Assembly (NCBI GenBank): GCA_044356215.1
Contig: JBIKWQ010000028.1
Location: 1-41,215 of the forward strand
Direction of reading: 5' to 3'
DNA length: 41,215 nt
Source of the DNA: Bdellovibrionota bacterium
GTDB taxonomy: Bacteria; Bdellovibrionota_C; UBA2361; OMII01
In this document: piece by piece, positions 18,570 through 30,400 of the stretch
Position numbering within the stretch: position 1 is the stretch's first letter
Layout of the letters: every line of letters starts with the position of its first letter
The notes under the pieces: generated by a model
The model's input: only the letters and a program-made list of their open reading frames with translations
Told to the model about the DNA's origin: nothing
The model's database searches: none
Position numbers and translations under genes: made by a program

Positions 18570-21500
18570 CTTCTAAGCCGCCTACACGGCGGTGAACCAT
18601 ACTTATACAGTGTGATAGTTCTTTCTACTCTTCTAAGCCGCCTACACGGCGGTGAACGCTTTCCGTGTGAAGAAAGCCGATGTGATAGGCTTCTAAGCCG
18701 CCTACACGGCGGTGAACACCACCGCTCGCCGCCTTTACTTGCCATGCTACTTCTAAGCCGCCTACACGGCGGTGAACCTATATGGATTGATCCAAGGCGG
18801 GGAGCCCGTCTTCTAAGCCGCCTACACGGCGGTGAACGGTGCCATAATTTGATACAGTTCTGTTTTGTCCTTCTAAGCCGCCTACACGGCGGTGAACCTA
18901 GATCCGTGGTACCATTTAAGCGGACTACACTTCTAAGCCGCCTACACGGCGGTGAACCTGCTAGCGAGTATTTACGCCTATCCGCTTTCTTCTAAGCCGC
19001 CTACACGGCGGTGAACGGGAAGGCGATATTTGATTCACTATTAGCTGACTTCTAAGCCGCCTACACGGCGGTGAACCGGGCGATGCGGGCTTCATATTAA
19101 CGTGTCAGCTTCTAAGCCGCCTACACGGCGGTGAACATGTGATGGGCTTTAACGCTCAGCCTCGATGCCTTCTAAGCCGCCTACACGGCGGTGAACTCAA
19201 TTTCAATGCCTAACAGATACGACGTGTTTCTTCTAAGCCGCCTACACGGCGGTGAACTTCAGTAACTTATACCAACCGACGCGCCCGATCTTCTAAGCCG
19301 CCTACACGGCGGTGAACATTGAATACAGCGCCGACGCCGTTTCTTACACCTTCTAAGCCGCCTACACGGCGGTGAACCGTAGTCTTCTATAGAGGACTCA
19401 GCTTGAATAGCTTCTAAGCCGCCTACACGGCGGTGAACGGCAATCTCTTTGCGCTATGGTGTATCGATTCCTTCTAAGCCGCCTACACGGCGGTGAACAG
19501 CGATTCCGAGCGATCCCACGGGCTCCACGGCTTCTAAGCCGCCTACACGGCGGTGAACGACACAACAAAACGGCGCGGTGAATTCCGAGACTTCTAAGCC
19601 GCCTACACGGCGGTGAACCGAACAAAAAACGAACGCCGGAATACTGGAAACTTCTAAGCCGCCTACACGGCGGTGAACGTACGATCCCCGATCCCCCCAC
19701 GTATTCCACGCTTCTAAGCCGCCTACACGGAGGTGAACGGTATAACCTACTGCGTGAACTATCCCGAGAGCTTCTAAGCCGCCTACACGGCGGTGAACAT
19801 AGCGCAAAGAGATTGCCGACCGCTGGAGTAACTTCTAAGCCGCCTACACGGCGGTGAACATTAGTATACAGAGACAATGACGCTCCTGATACTTCTAAGC
19901 CGCCTACACGGCGGTGAACACTAGCTCATTAGATGGTGATCAGAGACTAGCCTTCTAAGCCGCCTACACGGCGGTGAACTTCGACGATCCGAAAATGTTC
20001 TTTGCCAAACTCTTCTAAGCCGCCTACACGGCGGTGAACAAAATCACGCACATATTACATCCCCCTTTAAACTTCTAAGCCGCCTACACGGCGGTGAACC
20101 TATATTTGATGCGTTAGAGATTCACACCATTCTTCTAAGCCGCCTACACGGCGGTGAACCTATATTTGATGCGTTAGAGATTCACACCATTCTTCTAAGC
20201 CGCCTACACGGCGGTGAACTGAGGGAGGGAACGGCCTAGCTTCTGATAGCACTTCTAAGCCGCCTACACGGCGGTGAACCAACTTTTGGCTCTCTCGTCT
20301 CTGGAAGATTCCTTCTAAGCCGCCTACACGGCGGTGAACACTCGATTATCAGTAGTGGTACTGAGTAACTACTTCTAAGCCGCCTACACGGCGGTGAACT
20401 GATGTAGGCAAGGCATGGCGGTACCCCTCTACTTCTAAGCCGCCTACACGGCGGTGAACTCAGCGGTGGCCTCTGACTCGTTTATCCGCTTCTTCTAAGC
20501 CGCCTACACGGCGGTGAACCGTCGATTGCTACGGCTTACATGAGCGAATATCTTCTAAGCCGCCTACACGGCGGTGAACAGGTCTTTTGTGCAATGCCTT
20601 CCTATAAGTCTCTTCTAAGCCGCCTACACGGCGGTGAACTGATAGCGATAAACAAATCTACAAACGAGTAACTTCTAAGCCGCCTACACGGCGGTGAACG
20701 AGCACACCGGATCGGATCTTGACCCACGATCCTTCTAAGCCGCCTACACGGCGGTGAACATTTTGAGCAGAGTTAGACTTGCAAGGTTACACTTCTAAGC
20801 CGCCTATACGGCGGTGAACTATAGCCTCTTTCTTCGTGTAGCCCATGTACTCTTCTAAGCCGCCTACACGGCGGTGAACAGTAGTACTCCCATGGACGTC
20901 ACCGTCCTTAGCTTCTAAGCCGCCTACACGGCGGTGAACGTAACAGATCAGGGGGGAGTAGTTATCAATTCCTTCTAAGCCGCCTACACGGCGGTGAACG
21001 AATCGCTCCACGTGATCTTTGATATAATCACCTTCTAAGCCGCCTACACGGCGGTGAACATCAATACCACGAAGCTTTAAAGCGCTTGCATCTTCTAAGC
21101 CGCCTACACGGCGGTGAACATTTATAAGGCTACAGGCGATTCTAGCATGATCTTCTAAGCCGCCTACACGGCGGTGAACAACTATCTCTAAGAGCGACAT
21201 TATACTACTATCTTCTAAGCCGCCTACACGGCGGTGAACGATCCCAAAGAATCGGGATCGTGTACTCTACGCTTCTAAGCCGCCTACACGGCGGTGAACT
21301 ACATCAGAATTTATCAGCTTGGGGTGGGTACCTTCTAAGCCGCCTACACGGCGGTGAACGGATTTCGTCGTTATCCACCCGCGCGCGCTTCCTTCTAAGC
21401 CGCCTACACGGCGGTGAACGGCTGGTATAAGCTACTGAAAGAACTCAGCGCCTTCTAAGCCGCCTACACGGCGGTGAACTTGCAAGTGGTTCTGTCATTG

Positions 21501-22620
21501 GAACTATTTCACTTCTAAGCCGCCTACACGGCGGTGAACGAGTAACAAACCAAGCCGGTTTGCCATCTCTACTTCTAAGCCGCCTACACGGCGGTGAACA
21601 TCCATGGTGACGTTTATGAGCCTAGACCAGCCTTCTAAGCCGCCTACACGGCGGTGAACATGAGAGGTAATCTTGTCTGGATTATTCCAGACTTCTAAGC
21701 CGCCTACACGGCGGTGAACGCGCCATGCTACCGATACCAGACCACCCCGTACTTCTAAGCCGCCTACACGGCGGTGAACATGTAACCTTTACCGGCAAAG
21801 ATACCATCTCAACTTCTAAGCCGCCTACACGGCGGTGAACGGCGATGGGGTCTCCTCCTGGGCCACCGATGACTTCTAAGCCGCCTACACGGCGGTGAAC
21901 GGGCCACCCGTTGCGATCTCCCCGCTCCCCGTCTTCTAAGCCGCCTACACGGCGGTGAACGCATTATGCTACCGATACCAGACCACCCCGTACTTCTAAG
22001 CCGCCTACACGGCGGTGAACGCTGATCTCGATCCCCATCCCCCCCGATAGTACTTCTAAGCCGCCTACACGGCGGTGAACATGGAATGACACATTTTGAA
22101 GATTTTTTACATCTTCTAAGCCGCCTACACGGCGGTGAACATACGATCAGCAATAACGGCAGTAAGTGAGATCTTCTAAGCCGCCTACACGGCGGTGAAC
22201 TAGTGCATGTTTCGATAACCATCAGCGAGTCACTTCTAAGCCGCCTACACGGCGGTGAACTTCCAACCAGCCAAGTAATTCAACATTACTGCCTTCTAAG
22301 CCGCCTACACGGCGGTGAACGTTTGAAGCTCAGGCTATGGGCTGTAAAGATACTTCTAAGCCGCCTACACGGCGGTGAACACGTGATAACCCTAGGTGTC
22401 TGCGCACAGCCTCTTCTAAGCCGCCTACACGGCGGTGAACTCTTCAACTACGAAGGGAAGAGGTACTATTGCCTTCTAAGCCGCCTACACGGCGGTGAAC
22501 CCTTACTACACCTAACCCTCTAAAACCCTCTACTTCTAAGCCGCCTACACGGCGGTGAACTGCAGGAAGGATATCTTGACCTGAAATACGAACTTCTAAG
22601 CCGCCTACACGGCGGTGAAC
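18570..22620 (-). CRISPR. Type I-F CRISPR array, 68 repeats and 67 spacers (mostly 32 nt, range 31-33)
   Basis: 28-nt repeat GTTCACCGCCGTGTAGGCGGCTTAGAAG with CCGCC/GGCGG stem; two single-base variant repeats (positions 19731 and 20807). Confidence 0.99.
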
Positions 22621-22716
22621 CGTATTACAAAGACGAAAATCCCTGATTTTCAGAATAGTTAGATTAATCTTGTCTTAACAACCTTCAGTTTTTGATATGC
22701 ACGCAAGCGCCTGGAA
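22621..22716 (-). promoter_or_regulatory. CRISPR leader (96 bp, AT-rich, imperfect IHF-like sites)
   Basis: Lies between the cas1 stop and the first repeat; TATCAA-AAAC-TGA and AATCAG-GGAT-TTT on the minus strand. Confidence 0.7.
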
Positions 22717-23682
22717 TTACTGCAAATCATTGCAGGTGTTCGTGAGGAAGCTAAAAAGATAGTCGAGTACCTCTTGAGATTGGCACCGCTCGATGAGGGT
22801 GGCCCTGAAATCATCTTGCGAGTCCCCTCGTTTTGCACATAAAAATGCCAGCGGCATAACATAAGCATCTTTGATTAAGTCGGCAATATCGAATACCAGC
22901 GCTCCTCGCCTGGTTTTGCCGTGCAAAATGGGGAGCGAGAAGCTTATCCCCAGCCCAAATAGTGCTGTAGAGGCAAAACCGTAGGCGATGTAATTGCCAT
23001 GGTCGAGAAACCCATTTGCTACATCCGCCACACTTTCACTTAGCCCCTCCCCCTCCTTTCGGGTGAATGGAATGTCTAGGTTTCGCGCAAGCGTTGCATA
23101 CAGCGACTTAGCCCATCCAGCCTCTGCAGACAATAGCTGTGCAGACGATGTGGCCACCTCTATATCACGACGGAGCTTTGCCACTGCAGCGTCAGGTAAA
23201 ATGATGCCTCGCCTAGCAAGTTCGGCGTCGGCAGTCCATCGGGTCATTGTTACAGACAGACGTTCACTGAGCAAACGCTTGCCGAGCTGTACCCGTTTCG
23301 CATCGTCAAGCCAAGCGCGCATCCAGTTCTGCATGTACACGGTAGGCCGATATTCGCTTTGCGGTGCTAAAAAGACTGGCTCTACCGCCCCGAAAAGAGG
23401 AGAGCCTCCTGAACCGCAAAAACCAACCATCACATTAGATTCAGCCAGTCGCCTAACAGCTGCATCTGTTATCGAAGTTCCTTTTCCGAGTAGAAGAAAC
23501 GCCGTGTTTCTCTCAGGAATATTAAAAAACTTCTCAAGTTCTGTCCCGTTTTGGGTCAAGTAAACGATCCTCTCATCTTTCTGAACAACTCGCGCATGCT
23601 CAAGATAAAAAACATTAGCTCGCTTAGAAAGGATCAAAGCGCGCGGGTTGGAGCGTCTCGTCTCCCTGCTATGACCAGTCAT
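22717..23682 (-). CDS. cas1: Type I-F Cas1
   Basis: SKRAN.FYLEH.RV, NIP..NT..LLLG.GTSIT, QSEYRPT.Y, NGFLDHGNY.AYG, LHGKTRRGALVFDIADLIKDA. Confidence 0.97.
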   Translation of the reverse strand: MTGHSRETRRSNPRALILSKRANVFYLEHARVVQKDERIVYLTQNGTELEKFFNIPERNTAFLLLGKGTSITDAAVRRLAESNVMVGFCGSGGSPLFGAVEPVFLAPQSEYRPTVYMQNWMRAWLDDAKRVQLGKRLLSERLSVTMTRWTADAELARRGIILPDAAVAKLRRDIEVATSSAQLLSAEAGWAKSLYATLARNLDIPFTRKEGEGLSESVADVANGFLDHGNYIAYGFASTALFGLGISFSLPILHGKTRRGALVFDIADLIKDAYVMPLAFLCAKRGDSQDDFRATLIERCQSQEVLDYLFSFLTNTCNDLQ

Positions 23683-24233
23683 GGAACATCAGGCAGCGCA
23701 AATAGATCCTCTCCTGAACTGAGCCCATAGCCGTTGGGCCTGCACTCGGCTGAAGGCGTACCAGGTCTCCGTTCAACCACAAGTGTAAACACTTGCCGAT
23801 TACTACTACTGCGGAGCTTGAAATAATCCATTTTAGATCCTGTCACGGTATTCAAACGTCGCTGACGTAAGCGTCCATGCTCGTCACCTTGCTTCCTGTC
23901 TGTCTTTAAAGTTGGAATGCGATATCTTCTGTAAGTTGTCCACGTGCCCGCAAAATCCAGAGGTACTACTCGCGGATAATTGAGTCGCACATAATCACGA
24001 ATCCAATTAATACGGACAAGATATTCCGCTAGGCTATCTAACTGCTCTCTTGTTGAAGCGAACACCCGTAGCTTACGAGTGTCAAGGGGTACTGCCAAAG
24101 CAAACGTCTCCGGATTACGCTTAAAGAATGGGTGTAGATGTGTCATAAGCCCACCCCTCAAGGCTGGTGACGCCATGCCCGAGTCATCTCCCGAAGCTAG
24201 CACTTCTAACTCAAAAAACCACGCCGGCTTCAT
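23679..24233 (-). CDS. cas6f: Type I-F Cas6f (Csy4)
   Basis: LH in the first helix, LRVFA, YRRYR, basic helix, LRSSSN.Q.F.L, GYGLS. Confidence 0.85.
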   Translation of the reverse strand: MKPAWFFELEVLASGDDSGMASPALRGGLMTHLHPFFKRNPETFALAVPLDTRKLRVFASTREQLDSLAEYLVRINWIRDYVRLNYPRVVPLDFAGTWTTYRRYRIPTLKTDRKQGDEHGRLRQRRLNTVTGSKMDYFKLRSSSNRQVFTLVVERRPGTPSAECRPNGYGLSSGEDLFALPDVP

Positions 24234-25300
24234 TATTTATCACTCCCCGAGAAGACGCCTCCCCGTATGATACAGGACAAGAGAAACATCCCATCGTTGC
24301 TATCGGGATCGAGATTGGCCATCTTTAACATTAAATGAAATCCAGAAGACTCTTTGCTGTCACGGAAAAACTCTTGGGCATCTAAACTAGCTCCGTTCGG
24401 CTCGATCGGAAGCGCGACTTTTCGCTCTGCAAAAAGCGGGTACCATGTATCAAATGTTCGCAGTGCGTTACCTATTTTCTGGTCGCGTAACGCAGCTTGT
24501 CCTAGTTCCCGAATGCTATGAGTATCTTGGCCCTGAGATATTTCACCTACGCAGTAAAGGGGGCGCGCGAATCCCTTCTCTTTCTTTTCGAGATAATTCT
24601 GAGATGGGAAAACTTCTACCGGACCTTCGACGCCATAGCTTACCTTCGCGCAAACAGAGAGTTTAGTCTGACGGTCTCCCTTTAGTCCCGCGGCAATAAT
24701 GCTTGCTACTTTTTTTTCTCCGTCTGAATAATCAGAGAACTCGTGGAGAGGAATCGTCAAGGAATCGAAGGTTGCAACTTCATTTGAGGCATCTCGCACG
24801 GATACTGTCACAGCCTGCGCTACTGCTCTGTTACGCCAGAGGAAACGAGCGTTTGCTATATTCCGCGCATACCGACAGGCTACCTCCGTAAGCCCCTTAC
24901 TATTTTTTGCCTTTTGGAGGAACTCCGTTAACGATGACCTTAAAAACTTAAGATCCTCTGCACTATCTTCCTTTCCGGGGGCACAGGCAAAAAGCGCTGA
25001 ATCTAGGTCAATAAAACGCATGTCAAACCGTACTTGCAAAGCCACTGCCCCTGGTTGAAGCTTTGCGCTATCAGTAGTCTGAATGTTGGACACTTCCTGG
25101 CGCTTTGTACTTGCGGCCGTTGCGCCTTCTTTAGAAGATCCCTTCTTATTGATATTCTGAGTCCCTCGAATTCCATGCCGCATAACATGAAGGGGAGCGG
25201 TTGAACCATCCGAAAACACATTAAAAAAAAGCCCATCCGTCACAACTAGTCCACGTTGAAACGAAAGCACGCTTGGAAGCTTCTTAAGCACTACTGTCAT
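24233..25300 (-). CDS. cas7f: Type I-F Cas7f (Csy3), start MTVVLKK
   Basis: SVLSF.R.L, RGT, SNIQT.D, RYARNIANARFLWRNR, VFPSQ, QKIGNALRTFDTWY, IRGGVF. Confidence 0.95.
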   Translation of the reverse strand: MTVVLKKLPSVLSFQRGLVVTDGLFFNVFSDGSTAPLHVMRHGIRGTQNINKKGSSKEGATAASTKRQEVSNIQTTDSAKLQPGAVALQVRFDMRFIDLDSALFACAPGKEDSAEDLKFLRSSLTEFLQKAKNSKGLTEVACRYARNIANARFLWRNRAVAQAVTVSVRDASNEVATFDSLTIPLHEFSDYSDGEKKVASIIAAGLKGDRQTKLSVCAKVSYGVEGPVEVFPSQNYLEKKEKGFARPLYCVGEISQGQDTHSIRELGQAALRDQKIGNALRTFDTWYPLFAERKVALPIEPNGASLDAQEFFRDSKESSGFHLMLKMANLDPDSNDGMFLLSCIIRGGVFSGSDK

Positions 25301-25301
25301 A

Positions 25302-26141
25302 CTATTCTCCTTCTCCTTTATCGATTTTCTTCTGCACAACTCTAAAAATATCCTCCCCAATCCACTCGGATTGCCAGAGCATTTGCTCTGGTTGCAGCTG
25401 CCCACAATCCCGAACTGAGCGGTATTGCACTATTCCCACTAAAGGCTCTGCGAAAGCGTGTTTATAGCCTTCCCGCACCCCTACACGATTTTCGAACGAA
25501 GAGATCGCCGCGTAACCGAGGTTTGTAGCTGAGAGCCATGTCGTATCGCTATCACTCTTGGGAAGAGTGCCTAAGGTCTCGATAAAAAGCTGTGCCTGAT
25601 TCTTTCCCTCGCGTTTCTCTAACAGATCCTTCCGATCCAATACCACGTAACCTGAGGTAACGTCTCCAAGAGCCTCCTCAAACGAGAGCGATGTTCTACA
25701 TTTTCCGGTGCTGATGATGGTGCCACCGGAAAATCGGCCCCCAAAAAGCAACGTTTCCACCCCCTGCAAACTTCTAAGGCCATGAGTTTCAATAATCAGA
25801 CTGACACACATATCTGCCGTAGCAACTGGCTGCAGCGATAGCACAGGCCGTTTCGGCTTCCTCATACTCTTCTTATCGTAGTCTGATCCTACCTGAGCGC
25901 TAAACGTGAGAGATGCGGCCCTCCGCTGCTGAGGATAGAAAATACCGTACGTGTCTACTTGCCCTTTGGGCTGAATATAATGATGGATTAATGCAACTTT
26001 CGGGGCTTGAAAATTAACTTTTCGTCCTAATGCGTGCGCAAACAAATATGCAGGTAGAACTGGTGGACCTCCTAGCAGGAATGATGCATTCTGAATATTT
26101 GCTGCTTGAACACGCAGATGAGGGATAAGAAGAAAAGTCAT
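25302..26141 (-). CDS. cas5f: Type I-F Cas5f (Csy2)
   Basis: LLIPHLRVQ.AN, G.P, F.HAL.R, RFSGG.I, GYAAIS, R....H.FAE...G. Confidence 0.92.
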   Translation of the reverse strand: MTFLLIPHLRVQAANIQNASFLLGGPPVLPAYLFAHALGRKVNFQAPKVALIHHYIQPKGQVDTYGIFYPQQRRAASLTFSAQVGSDYDKKSMRKPKRPVLSLQPVATADMCVSLIIETHGLRSLQGVETLLFGGRFSGGTIISTGKCRTSLSFEEALGDVTSGYVVLDRKDLLEKREGKNQAQLFIETLGTLPKSDSDTTWLSATNLGYAAISSFENRVGVREGYKHAFAEPLVGIVQYRSVRDCGQLQPEQMLWQSEWIGEDIFRVVQKKIDKGEGE

Positions 26142-27388
26142 GATAACGCTTCCTCAATCATGGATACCAAACTATTGCGCCCCAATTTATCAAGGGGGAT
26201 TAAAGCGACTAATTCCCCTTCCACCATGTGCTTTGCTGAAACCACGCACGAACCTATAAACTCGGCGGCTTCTCGAGGCCAATTCATCTGACGCCCCATG
26301 GATGTCCCTCGGAAATCAAGCTCGCGAAGGCGCGCATCAATTAGTCCCCTAACAACTCCCGGAACCTGTCGTGACAACAGTTCGTATTGCCCACTATCTC
26401 CGGAAATAAAATGCTCGCGAGGCAATATGTGCTCGTGCATCGTTAGGCACGCCAAAGCATCTGCCCCCAGCGCTAAAACGCTCTCCACAATAGTCTCTAT
26501 CAGCCGCTGCTCCTCGTTTCGCATCTCCATTGGACTGAGTGAATTGTTTTCACTTCCAATGTGCGCACGGAATTCCCCGTATTGCTGCAACCTTTCCCCA
26601 AAAACTGAACGAGGAGAAAAAGATAGCGCAAAGCCTTTATAGAACAGGGAAAATGCTCGTTTGATTGAACTATCCCCAACTGGGCCTTTAACAAAAATCG
26701 GCCTCGTCATACTTCGGACAAGAGACCCTACATTCTGCTGATTAGCCCCTCCTATTCCAAACTGGGCCTGTTTAATAATACGCAACTGTCTATCTTCATT
26801 ACCACCCTGCTCTTTCACGGCAAGATTGTGTCTCTTGAGCAGCCCACCTTCGGAGTTTAGAAGGTAATAACAAACACCTCCTGCTGTTATAGGAGTTAGC
26901 GATACGTAACCTCCTGGGCTTCCTTCGTGTGGCACCAGGACTTGACGCAGCCTTGAGTCCACCGCCGCTAAACCAGTTCCGTAACTGTTCTCCTCAGCCT
27001 GGGAGACCGCGGTAAGAATTGCTTCCCTCTCCTCAGGCGCAGCACTCAAAGCAAAATCAGAGTTGCCAAGTACTGCGTTGATCTGTTTCATCTTTCCAGC
27101 CTGCGTCGCTCCTCCTTCTAGGTAATCAAGGGGTAGCTTTATGCCTGCACTGATTAGCGTTCGAGCCGATACGTAAGGGAGGTCCACCGCGGCCGTTCTT
27201 GCCAACCGAATTCCTGATGCCGCTGCGTTAGAATTAACGGTTTTTGAGCTAAAATGAACAAGCTTGCCGACTGCCTCAGCATACTGGGCGGGTTCAAAGC
27301 GCTTCCACTGCTTCCCTTCATCTCCCCGTGCACCACTATCAGCTTCTTCACCTACTTCTTCCTGATCAAGTTTAGCGTCTGTTGCCAT
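26138..27388 (-). CDS. cas8f: Divergent type I-F Cas8f (Csy1)
   Basis: Position; H.SK..N, LRQV..P, Y..LTP, FGIGGANQQNVGSL (Csy1 GGxxPQNIS equivalent). Confidence 0.78.
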   Translation of the reverse strand: MATDAKLDQEEVGEEADSGARGDEGKQWKRFEPAQYAEAVGKLVHFSSKTVNSNAAASGIRLARTAAVDLPYVSARTLISAGIKLPLDYLEGGATQAGKMKQINAVLGNSDFALSAAPEEREAILTAVSQAEENSYGTGLAAVDSRLRQVLVPHEGSPGGYVSLTPITAGGVCYYLLNSEGGLLKRHNLAVKEQGGNEDRQLRIIKQAQFGIGGANQQNVGSLVRSMTRPIFVKGPVGDSSIKRAFSLFYKGFALSFSPRSVFGERLQQYGEFRAHIGSENNSLSPMEMRNEEQRLIETIVESVLALGADALACLTMHEHILPREHFISGDSGQYELLSRQVPGVVRGLIDARLRELDFRGTSMGRQMNWPREAAEFIGSCVVSAKHMVEGELVALIPLDKLGRNSLVSMIEEALS

Positions 27389-27467
27389 ATTTCTCAGTTG
27401 TTACTTATCTTGACCACCCGAAGGAGGATAGGCCAATTGACTCATAATCGAAAGCTCTAAATTCGAT

Positions 27468-30400
27468 TTAGCGACCTACTCTTAAAATGCCAAACCCCTC
27501 GTCAAACTCGAATCGATCCTGTTCCGTAAACGCCGTCAACTCGACCTCCATCCCATTTTCAAGGGGTATGCCCACTTCCTCGCAAAGCGTCACCATATCT
27601 CTGGGGCTTAAACAGAGCCAAGCGTTTTCATGCTTGGCGCGTGTCGTCATAGACTGCTTGAGCCAGACATCAAATAAGGTTCCCCCTTTTTCAACCCGCT
27701 CCTTTCGGAAAAATTCAAGCTCAGATTCGGCTAATACCAATCGCCAGTGCTGACGAACTAAGTGACGATCTCGCAAGCGAGTACGATCGTACGGTCCATT
27801 CGTCAGAGTCCAGACGTCTGCAGGGCAGCAAACGAAGCATCCATCTCGGCCAAAATAATCCGCAATCAATCTCTCTATTGCACGATCATCCGCCCTCGCC
27901 AGTGGGAAGACGTTTGTGTCAAAGCGTACTCTGGCATCAATTTTAAGCTGACTGTCTGTCCATGAAAGTAGCTTGCTCAAATCGTGATCGAGATAGTCCT
28001 TATTTGCCCTCCTGGTTCCAGGCAACGCCTCAAACCCAGGGAAAACAAAGGCCGCTCTATCCTCTTGTCCAGTTGCAGTATTTCGACAGTGTCGATAATT
28101 AAACTGCAAAATCTTAACATTAGGCCGGCCTGAATGAGAGACTAGCCTATGACGATTCACTCGTCCGCAAGTCTGCACGATAGACTGCGCACTAGATGGC
28201 TCGACCACTGCCCAGTCAAAATCATGATCCCGCCCGATTTCCTCCACAGGACTAGCAACGACAATAAATGGGATAGAGTTGCTTGCGCTGCTCTCTACAA
28301 GCTCCCGTATTTCAGGAGATTTTCGAATGTGGTCGTCCCCACGACTCCGGGTAAGAAGATTATCCAGCGCCCTCTCTTTATGGAACCTTGCTATCGGAAA
28401 GTCATTTGAATGGTAGCAAGCAACCCGACATCCAGAGATGCAATCAGCAAGATAGCGGGCCAGGACTATCGCGGTTGAAATATTGGCGACTCTCACTAGC
28501 CCAAAGGATACTAACTTGGTCTGGTTAAATTGCCAGGAATTTTGTTGATGGAGTTCTTGAACTGACTCCTTCACTGCTGTGAGCCAGCATTCGGGCGATT
28601 CCGATTCAAGCGTTTTAAGATAGGCGAGGCGATATACATCTTTATCCTCTAGCCGAGCCTTGATCTGTTCAAGACGCTCCGCGTAGCAATTCTGAAAATC
28701 TTCGGTGTCAGTCTCCACTACAGAAACAACTGGCTCAAGATCATCATCTATTAAGGCCCGGATAAAGCCGACTCTAAATATTTGTTGGCTTGGTGAATCA
28801 GATTTTTCTTTCTTGTAATTCTCAAGGCTCTCTAGCATCGCACAGCCACTCCGATATGCCCTCTCTATGGCCACCGCGACTGGATTGGAAAGCGTTGCTG
28901 AGGAACATATCACATTTCGCCGAAACATTGCGCTGAGCTGGACTAGCCGCAGCACAGCGGAAAGTGCTGGCGGCTCATACCCGTCAATTTCGTCCAATAC
29001 CAGGTCAGATGTCATCAATCGTAATACCGCCTTGACATGGTTCCCCTGCATGCCTGGATTTCCTGCTGCTACTAAAAAATCTACGGTTGACACCAGCAAG
29101 GGCGCTGCAAGTACGGTTTTTTCCTTATCTTTGCGGAAAAGCGGCTCCATCCAGGAAGGGATTGCTTGCGGTTCACCAAAACAACTTAGCTCCTCCTCAA
29201 GCGGATTCTCGTCAACATTATTGACATCCGAGAGAGCAGCTGCGTCAGCGCTCTTACCCCATTCGAAGAGATCCGCTGATGTCTTATCGCCGATGACGAC
29301 CGACAGTTCATCGTCACCAATATTGAGTCCTCGCTTAAGAGCTTCTCCTGTCTGAAGAGTCAGGGAACGAAGGTTCAATGCTATACTAAATCGAGGTGAT
29401 TGTGCCCGTGATAAGACGCACGCGGCGCGGGCATTCATTCGGGTTTTGCCCGATCCTGTTCCCGCCATGTTGAATACTAAGGCTCCACGATCAGGGTACG
29501 ATTCCCGAGCCTTTGCTAGAGCTTGCGCGCATTTATTCTGCCACGAAAACCTGCTTTTAGGGTTCGACGGCTGGGTTATTGCAGCAACTGACTCCTGCGA
29601 TAGACCTCCCAACTGATCATCGTCAGAGTTGCAAGTCAGCCGTGAGATTCTCCACATGGCATCTCTGGCCTTCGAAGCCACATTTTCCAAATGCCAATCA
29701 AGAGTCTGATTTAATATGCGCCTATCGCCTTCTCTTCGAGTGTTCGCAAATAACTCTGTGTCACTACCAGAGTGCCCAAAGGGCTGGCTGGATACCACGT
29801 GGTCGGCGAAGATCAGCGCAACCCTTGCGTAGGCTAACAGACCGCGCCAAAAACGGGAGTCCTTCACATCGGCCTGTTTAATTAACGTCTCCTCAAGAAT
29901 CCAATATTTATCGAGAAGTGCTTTAGAGATAACTCCTTCGGGGGCTATTTGTGCATCTGAGGGGGGCCTTCGCACATGTCGACCTTTGGCCGTTGGAAGC
30001 TTTTCATCACTCTCCAGCAGACCATGATGACTGACTATCAAAAAGTCTATTGCTTCAAGACAATCTGAAATGCCATGAACCGAGAAACTATCGATAATGC
30101 GAGATCCGAGAACGACTGAGTCTAACTTGGCAGGGAGGTTCTTCCATGCAGCGAACCAATCATGCCCATTCTTACGCATATGATGTATAAGGCGTAGGGA
30201 CAACCATTCATGCCTAACATCATCGCCTTCTTTAGTGGCTTTGCGTAACTTACTTTGGAAGCGCTTGGAAGCCTTACCAATATCGTGTACTAGGCCTGCG
30301 GCCTCTACAAGCTTGCAGGCAATACGAGCCCACGGTGGAGGCTCAGCGTATGTAAATGTACGACCCTTGGTAGTAGTGCCACTTGGATAATGCCCTGACG

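Noticed and set aside
18548..22523. Repetitive ORFs (SPPCRRLR, LLSRLHGGE, VHRRVGGLE)
   Set aside because: Translations of CRISPR repeats.
18570..22620. Self-targeting spacers
   Set aside because: None spotted by eye within the window; not an exhaustive search.
24233..25405. 390-aa Cas7f with an N-terminal extension
   Set aside because: The extension overlaps cas5f; the ATG at 25300 has a GGAG RBS and matches the family start.
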